A DNA stretch of 44,055 bases, counting the filler, from Sphacelaria rigidula (Eukaryota): assembly GCA_964200075.2 (NCBI GenBank). It is 2 parts of 2 records of this genome, joined end to end, with 100 filler letters (N's around TTAATTAATTAA, not from the genome) between each part and the next. Parts side by side here need not be neighbours in the genome. Positions count along the whole stretch, not along the records: positions 22,080 to 44,055 come from CAXNAA020000368.1; 1 more part is not named here. The stretch is one strand, 5' to 3'. The position numbers and the translations under genes were made by a program. Below are positions 36,379 through 44,055 of this stretch, in pieces. The notes below the pieces were generated by a model. The model saw only the letters and a list, made by a program, of their open reading frames with translations, ran no database searches and had not been told where the DNA came from. Position 1 is the stretch's first letter. Each line of letters starts with the position of its first letter.

Positions 36379-37066
36379 GTGATGCACGAAGGCAGCGGGC
36401 GACTACGGGCCGCGGAACTCAGCTCCGACCTACCCGAAAGTGATTCTCCCACCGGCTCCAATGCGCCTAGGCAAGACAGTCGTACGGTGCTCATAATGAG
36501 GTATCGCGGTGGTGGGAAGGCAAGCGGCGGGAGAACACTTGAGAGCAGCAGAAAGAGGTGTGTCATGATGCAGGATGGGGGGGCGGCCGCACCAATGGGA
36601 GGGGTCGGTGGGCGTTGGAGAACCTCACATGGCGCGCAGATAGGCCGGACAGGGCGCCGGCGCAGTGCACATGGGAGAACCCGCAGCATCTGCGGCCGGA
36701 TCGAGGACGAAGCGTCGACGTGCGGATGGAGGGGGAGCGGACGACGCGGAAGGCCAAAGCGCGCTGCTCATGAGACCCAGTCCGTGGCGAGGATGGAACA
36801 GTGTCAGGAATCAAGCGGCGGAACAGCGGCGGCGGCGGCGGCGACGGTGGCGGTGATCCGCGAATGCCTAGAAGACCTGCGAGCAGAGAAGAAGAGAAAG
36901 CGTCAGATGCCAAAGCAAGTTGCGCGTGTGACCGAGTCCGTGACGAGCATGCGCAGAGCTCAGGAATCGGCGACGGTGGCATGGCGCGTGATGCCGGAGG
37001 ACGTTGGAACGGCGGTGATAGCATTGGCGAAGGACCTCGGAGCAGTACTGTCGGCACAGGAGATGG
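36379..37066 (+). CDS. Possible exon or ORF of unknown function
   Basis: 242-aa open frame, GC-rich, with a helical/basic stretch ECLEDLRAEKKRKRQM and a possible donor ATG/gtgtgt at 37067. No domain was recognised. Confidence 0.25.
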
Positions 37067-37368
37067 TGTGTTGGTGGATTTTGAATTTTGCCGAGGTGCA
37101 TTGTTAGGGCAAAAGGCCATGATATCGTGTGCGATCTCCCTTGCGAATTGATGAGATCTTGGTGTCGTTCTTCTTCCCTGCAGTAGAGCGTGTACAGGGG
37201 GCGCCCGCCGTGTAGTTTCTACATCCAACAGCTCCGTCGTCCTCGTCGATTTACTCATTGAGCTCGAGATCATGAGTGGCTAGCAAATCACTCAGCTCCG
37301 TAACGTTCATCGTATTATGACATTTGTTTATCTACCTCACCGGCGGCACTATTACTTTAACAAGAAAA

Positions 37369-37585
37369 CTGAGTTCAGCACTCAGTATTTTGGACGGCGG
37401 GTACTCCGAGTTATCTAGAGTACCAAATATTTTCGGCAGTCATTAATCTGCGTACTCTGGGATTCCCAGTATTTTCGACCGTCAGAACTCCGGGCACTCG
37501 GGGCTACTGAGTATTTTACTGGAGGTGGATACTCCAGTTACTATGGTTTACTTAATACGACGAACTCCGAGGGACCTAGAGTGCT
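37369..37585 (+). repeat. Second block of the ~42-bp AGTATTTT/TACTCC array
   Basis: Same unit and orientation as 33880-34430. Confidence 0.75.
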
Positions 37586-38025
37586 CACTAAGCTCTACTA
37601 TCCCAAGAATCCTTGAAACCTTGGTCATTCTGTTGAGAGCATACGAAGTATGCGTTTTGTTCCTAGTATTGAGCAGCGAGCTAATTGCATAGAGGATAGG
37701 TCCATGCATCGTTGTGTCTAGACGGGATTTTTCTTTGGGTATGGTGGCACAAGGCGATGGCTCACCAGCGATTTCCTATTACCGATCACCAACGACAGGA
37801 TCCCCTTCGCCTTACCGTTCGACCCATTCAAATACACCAAAATGTATCTATCCTCACGTGAAGTCCGCATGTTCACAGTTTCTCCGGTTTTGAACTCATT
37901 CTGTACACACAGTACATTCCCACCCACTATATACGACAAGGAGTCTACTATACCTACTTACAGTATAAAACGACACTTACAACACCTTCACCTCAGCGGC
38001 AGCCACGACCGGAAAACCGTCAACA

Positions 38026-40562
38026 CTACAATTCCCGTTCAGAATCGGAAAAGTCGTCGTCTCCTCGCCACCATTGGTCGACTTGCTCTCTGGCCTCGGC
38101 AGCATCACGCCAACGAGGATTATTCTCCAGCCCCACCGTTCGGAGTCCATCATCACTAGACGCCGTGGACGTAGAACTGGCACCGTCAAGCCTTGTCTTG
38201 CCGTTCTTGTCACTACGTCCATTTGGGATATCACCTTGGTTGTCGTCGGCATGATCGTTGTGGTCGTCATTTTCAAAGCTGTCGTCCCGCGGGACTTGCC
38301 TAGGCCGGGGTCTCGTTCTACTCCCGGCACCGCTACCGTCACCACTTTGCCGCGCCGAATCTTGCAAGGTTGCTTCAAACGCCCCGGGGCCAGAGCCAGG
38401 CGATGCCAAACCCGTGCATGAAACATCGGTGTGTGCTGCAGAAGACCAATATCTCGCGGCAGACGAAGAAGCACCGTCAACAGTACTCAAACCAACAGGT
38501 TCGACATGGCCAAGACGTCCTGCCCGCAACGGTGGCGAAGACGAAAACTGTGGAGGTATGCATGGCTTAGGCGCCTCGTTTTTTGCAAGGGAAGACTGGG
38601 GCATCGATCCGTGCACGTCCTGTGTCCAAAATCTGACCTTCATCGGGTCAAGAAGGTTAGCCTGCCCTGATGATGGTTTCATGCTACTTGAATCTTGTGA
38701 TGGCCATAGCCTTCCCCCCGAAGCCGGCTGTTGGATGAAGGTAGCAGAGGAATCGTCGCTGGGACCATGATGCCCACTCGCAGTACGAAATCGGGCGATG
38801 TCCTCGGAGTCGGCGTTGTGTTGAGACTGGAACGGTCCTGTACATAATGACGTACGCTTCCTGGTCTGCAGTAATTCCTCCAAGCTGGGTGAGGGGTGCA
38901 CAACAAAAAATAGATTGGTTAGAGATGGCAAGAGGGGGAGGCAAAATGATCGGTCGAGGTGGACCCAGCACCCGAAGCTCTTGACAGCACGGAGATGATT
39001 AGTTGCAAAGTCGTGGACGGTAGTTCGACACGCGACGGGCGCCCCCATGCGCTTGTATACCGCAGGTCAGATATACTTACAGCCCTGAAAGAAGTCCGCG
39101 GTATCCGTACGCATGTAAAGCACTGAAACTGCTATGCGCCTGTGTACCCCACGTCAGACATAGTTGCAACCCCGGAAGAAGCCCACCATACCCATACGCA
39201 TACTAAATTTCGCACAATCCTGCCAATATTTCCGTCGTACTTACTGGCGTCGCGGGTTTCGACTAAGAATCGACAGTATCTTTTAACGTATGCGGGTATT
39301 TATGTTGAATTGGTCCCTCGCGCGGGCCCCACTGCACCGACAGCACACCATTTATCAAGCGCTATCTGACCGGTCTCATTCCCCTTCTTTTCAAAACTCA
39401 TGCGCAACTGTTTTGAGCTCGACTCAAACGTACGTTCGTTGCTCCATCTGCTGGCTCCTACGAGCATCCTCCTCTGCGCCTTGTCGCCTCACTGTCTCCG
39501 CAGTGAGCCTGGCCTCCAACTCCTGCACCCTACCAAAAACCGGGGCAGCAACAAGAGTGATGTTGCAAATGCCGAAAGATAATACGTAAAGGAACACACC
39601 GGGAAACAATTAGACAGAGCTAGCGCTAAGATCGACGGAAGATGTCGAGCAGGTTGGAGAAAAAAAATAGCAATCCAATGCGGTAGTCTTGCGGAAGTAA
39701 ATAGCTACTGAGCAGCAGACGTAACAACGATGTTTCTCGTTTTCCTCGCATGTGACTTCGGCGTACTACGCAAATAAGATCCATCGCGGTTCACGATGTC
39801 TCCAGGATTATGCTAAAGATTCAAACAATCATCCTGTGGAAGGTACACTATGAATGAGCAAAATGAACACCTGTGAACACATGTGAATTAGGGACGAGTA
39901 CGGCACAAATATTGGTCCGTCAGAGACGTAAGTGAGCGGCTCCGAAACGCTCACACGTTTACAGATGAATTTATGGAACCCTAGGTGACTGGTGAAGTCC
40001 GGCATCAAGAGCTCAATGTACATAGAGCCACCGCGCCATCGGGAAAGCGCTCTGTGCAAGCTCTGTCTACCGCCTACGACCCCTGCTCACGATCAATCTA
40101 TACCCTAAAGGTCAAGAGATGAAATACACCTCGCTTTGGAGAACCTTCGGCGACAGGACTGAGGCAGCAACCTTCCTCAGAAGGAGCCGGAAACCAGCCT
40201 TTTCGGCCGCAGCACGTAGCCACCACATACGATCCTAATGAAGTCCTATTAAGAACTTGGATCACTTTGATCCTATTCGCCTGTTCCCGACAGCTGAAGT
40301 CGTTAGTAAGTAAACGTCACTGACTGCAAAACATAATACCGACACATGAAGGAGAAACTGGGGATACAAACAGAATAACACAAACGCTTGCCTATATCGC
40401 AGCGCGTGTATGTCGTCCGCCTTCCGCTCGAGCTCCATTCGTCGCCGCTCGTCGTGCTTCGCCCTTGATCGATCGTCTGACCGTCTTCGCTCCTGCTCTA
40501 CCGATAGATGCTTGCGCGCTTCCACATTCTCCGAAGCCATATCTTTCGCCTCTTTCACAACC
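38026..40562 (-). CDS. 3' part of a multi-exon gene for an unknown coiled-coil and low-complexity protein; exons 40562-40392, 39529-39434, 39122-39081, 38884-38026
   Basis: All four junctions are phase 2. The joined protein reads ...MELERKADDIHALRYR/VQELEARLTAETVRRQGAEEDARRSQQMEQRT/ALHAYGYRGLLSGL/LEELLQTRK... followed by a long S/G/D-rich tail. The first donor is GC (AG/gcaagc). The upstream exons were not resolved. Confidence 0.62.
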
Positions 40563-41679
40563 CTGAATCGAAGAACATGCCCAGGGGTTTGGTCAGTGTC
40601 GGCTCTGACTTTCTTCGGGAATCCTGAATACAAAAACATCGATGGGTTCACTCGATGGCAGCCGCACACATGGACAGTAAGCTCCCATCCAGCGTAATGG
40701 TATTTCAATCCTCAGAGCATTTCGTAATAATCTCCTTTGGTAGTTGTTGCTTACTCGAGAGTATTTGCAGTCCTCTGCAATCTTCTTGAGGGCTTGATTC
40801 CCTCCAGAGGAATATGTGCCCTCTAGACGTTTTACATACGGTACACTATCGAGCAATCTTGACCCTCCAAAGTATCTTTTTTGCTGGAATACTCTCGAGG
40901 TGAAAACCTTGTGGCGAGTAACTCCGCGGGAATATTTGCGCTCTAGAGCTTTTACATATCGTGTTTCTATAAGAATCTGAACACTCTGGAACATATTATT
41001 TTTTCATGTACATCATATTTGGGTTCAGAACGTTTTCCTGCACACAGGTGTCAATTTTGGAGGCTCATTAACCGGCGTTCGGCTACAAATGTCCATGGTT
41101 GACGCACTTTACAAGCATCTACCCCTAAAAGCCCCAACCCCAACCCAACGCATACCGAGAACCCTCAGGCAAGGGTGGTACATAGCATTCCCTGGGCAAA
41201 GTGCGGCCTTGGTAGACCCCAAATCGGCGCTTGTGGCGCGGATTTCAACGAAAACGCGTTCTGCGCATGCGAGGAGCACACGGGACTGTCAGCCCTACTA
41301 ATGATCCGATTCTCGTTGTACACACTCTCAAATCAAATAATGTGTCAACCATCAACATTTGTAGCCAAACGCCGGTTACCTCTACTGCAATATTATGACA
41401 CATTACAGCGCAGCATTCCCCGCACCCCAGTGCATCAGGTGGCAGTATTTGATTCTTCAGTTCCACACGGGGACAAATAGCACCCCGTGGTACGTGCTGC
41501 ACCGGATTTTTCACAGTCTTTGTGAAAACCCCTGTACAAGATATGCAAACTCAAGTACCTCTACCAGCATTTCGCATAGCGTTTTCTCGACACACTGTAG
41601 CAACCCTGTGGAGGCACGTCGGCAAAGCCCTGCACAGCCGTCCTGATGAGAAAACTCGTCTTACATTTTCGGGAAATTT

Positions 41680-42065
41680 ATTGAACTAAATCCTCGTTTT
41701 GCCCAAGTTGAAAACTCCAAATTATTCGTTGCAAGATCCGTAGAATTGTTAATACAGCAGAAGCTGTTCGAAGTAGATTCTCTTTTTGCCCAATTTTGTT
41801 TCTGTATAAATCCCATACACTGGCAGGTTTGGAATTTGTACAGCAGAAGCTGTTCGAAGTAAATCCTCATTTTGCCTAATTTCCAACATTGGGCAAAAAG
41901 AGGACTTATTGAAAACAGCCTCTGCTCTGCAAGTCCCACACGCTGTACCGAAATCGGCGTATGAGATTCTAGAGGCATCAGAAATTGTTGAAGATCCATC
42001 CTTTTTCCCCCCAATTCACCTGTCACTCGGGGCAGTACGAGAACTTCCAACAGCATCTGCTGTAT
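41680..42065. repeat. Modular direct and inverted repeat cluster
   Basis: tacagcagaagctgttcgaagta(aatcctc.ttttgccc) occurs at 41753 and 41839, with a partial copy at 41687 and inverted copies near 41889-41927 and 42042-42065. Confidence 0.75.
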
Positions 42066-43126
42066 GCAAACCCCATAAAACAGCCTGGATTCGTTTTTGA
42101 GGTTCAACATTTGGGTGAGGTCGAAGAGGCCATCGAAATTTCATTTGTTTCGTCCAAAAGGCTCGGGATTCGCAAGCGGTTTCGACCATCTAACCCTGAC
42201 CCATAAATTTCTGCACGGCGGGGCAAGCATGATGATGAGCAGCCCAACAGAAAAACCGCCGCCATTGATTGTGCGACATCTTTTGAGCAGGACCTGCGTC
42301 TAAGCGCTGCGGAACACGTGACAAAGCATGCTGAGAACATGCTTCTCTGGACTAGTCATCGAGTTTTTAAGCGCCTCTTGTTGAGTATCTGAGAGAGACT
42401 TCATACTGTTGTGCCGGCGACGAGCGCGGTCAGCGAAACATCCAATGCGGCGGCAGACGCCAACGATCTTTGAAACACAGCATCATTCAGCAGTCTACTG
42501 AGATATACCAGCACACCAGAGTACAGCATCATTTCAGTACAGTCGTTAGTTGGATGGAATGTATGCCCCACAATAAAGCTGCACACACACACAACGGGGG
42601 TAAGGGTTAGTCCCACGCTTGGGGTTGTTTCGACAGTAGCGCCCATGCGTGGCGCTTCATCCAGTCTGAACCAGCTATCACGCCTTGTATGGCCACTTCT
42701 GCCGTGGCTGTGTTGAGAACCGGTCTCGCGGTGGGGCTGCCGAAGGATACTACTGTAGTGCAACGCGCTTGCAAAATCCGAGCCGTTTTTTTAAATTTAG
42801 AACCCGCATCAGCTGTACTGTGAATATCCTTCCTGTCGGTCCCAAACGGGATCTGATTCAGCGACGGAAAGTGCTGGCACCCTCCCCCTCAGATAGGATT
42901 TGTGACAATTGTGGGGGTATTTGGGGAACATCGCTCGGAATGAAACATGCAGAATAGTACTCAGGGGTATCGTAGTACATCTTTCCCTGTTCAAAATCGA
43001 CATTTCCTTGCTTGAATGCTTTAAACCCGTTGCAATGAACGACTGCTCTCCAAGAAAACCATCCGTTATTTCAGGACTTCCCCTGGTGTCTAATACTAAC
43101 CCTGAGGTTGCCATAATACCATCATG

Positions 43127-43379
43127 GAGTGATGCTACGCTAGGGTTGCACTTTTTGAGCGAAAATGTTTCTCGGGGTGTTGCACGGATCACTTTGAGAA
43201 TCGGCATCATTTTCACTTAAAAGAGACTGAAAATGATCCCGATTCACGAAAAGGCCCCTGTGTGCATCTCCATGTCCTGTCCCCGGAGATTTGGTTTGCA
43301 TAGTAAGCCCCGTATATTTGGGCTCCTACAAAAATGAGACCAAGAAACAAAAAGTGTGACCCCTATCGTAGCATTGCTC
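43127..43379 (+). mobile_element. 253-bp MITE, second copy, GAG...CTC termini, 4-bp TSD CATG (Sola2-like)
   Basis: Colinear with 17046-17298 over its full length. CATG lies at 43123-43126 and 43380-43383. Confidence 0.92.
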
Positions 43380-43986
43380 CATGGCCGTTGCTTTCATGAC
43401 AAGTCTTTTCCCCTACAGATTGGGCGAGCCAAACGGTTCCAGAAAAAAATCGCTTCTAGGTTTTTCCGCAGTCGGAAAGCCGTGGTCGGCGGGAGTGCGC
43501 GACGCCGGGAACGTTGACAATGATTTCTTATATACATCATAAGAGCCGCCTACCTGCTGTGCCGCTGTCAATGGCTGTTTATGGCCCAGGATGAACTACG
43601 TGGTCAACCAGTCAACCCGCTGACAATTTCGCGACATCTTTGTGCCATACCCCCGTCCTCTCCACGATCTGATTGGCTACGTAAATCAATGTAATGCTTT
43701 AATGGTTCTTGATTCCGAGACGTTATGCAGGCCCTGGCTCTAAGACATAAAGCCCCTCTACTTGAATCTTGTTGCATACTTCAATGCATAGATTACACGG
43801 GCAGTTCTACGCCGGCTGTGCGATCGCCAGCTTACACACATCCTCTTTCTAGGATCCCAATTTTTTTCTCGAATATTAAATCATCTGCAAATCATGGCTT
43901 CAGCGCCCAACACTTCATGTTAACCTTTGCCTTGGGAAGCGCTCCATCGAGCGGTGGCGCGAAGCGCCAAAAACCTTGTTTGATTG

Positions 43987-44004
43987 TTATTATTATCATT
44001 ATTA

Positions 44005-44055
<51 letters not shown>
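43987..44055. repeat. (TTA)n microsatellite
   Basis: Directly visible and runs to the window end. Confidence 0.97.

Larger units (their letters stand above)
42070..44055 (+). mobile_element. 5'-truncated decayed non-LTR retrotransposon (LINE-like) with (TTA)n tail
   Basis: Homologous to 1-1470. The frame NSLDSFLRFNIWVRSKRPSKFHLFRPKGSG resembles the post-RT thumb region. The sequence continues past the nested MITE and ends in a trinucleotide tail. The repeat status is firm for 42070-43110, but the LINE class is an inference. Confidence 0.5.

Noticed and set aside
39081..39084. 4-nt micro-exon (ttctttcag-GGCT-gtaagt on the minus strand)
   Set aside because: It would shift the frame into a short ORF. 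The 42-nt exon using the upstream acceptor keeps the long frame.
42310..42400. KHAENMLLWTSHRVFKRLL resembling a TnpB/Fanzor segment, plus a downstream CDNCG
   Set aside because: No RuvC catalytic motifs, the Cys pair is in another frame and not conserved in the copy near 420-440, and the context fits a LINE relic better.

Overview
Eukaryotic, intron-rich and transposon-dense DNA. A stramenopile alga such as a brown alga is likely, but this is an inference from intron style and a signal+Phe presequence. An artificial 100-bp linker (44 N + TTAATTAATTAA + 44 N, 21980-22079) splits the window, so the two halves may not be neighbours. The left half holds a fold-back pair of a decayed LINE-like repeat and two decayed Ty3/gypsy retrotransposons. 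The second has a 5' LTR candidate and a very long gag-pol, and both carry nested non-autonomous DNA transposons with readable target-site duplications (TSDs). The right half holds an intact 4-exon acylaminoacyl-peptidase gene (APEH, family S9C) with a possible bipartite plastid presequence, the 3' part of a convergent coiled-coil/low-complexity gene, several palindromic MITEs, a tRNA-like SINE head and a LINE-like remnant ending in (TTA)n. I found no CRISPR array, rRNA or intact tRNA. I cannot demonstrate a new system. The most unusual signals are a ~50-bp hairpin cassette shared by two MITE families with different termini, a fully palindromic CACGGGTGGCCACTGGGG MITE family, and the roughly 3,300-codon ancestral gag-pol.
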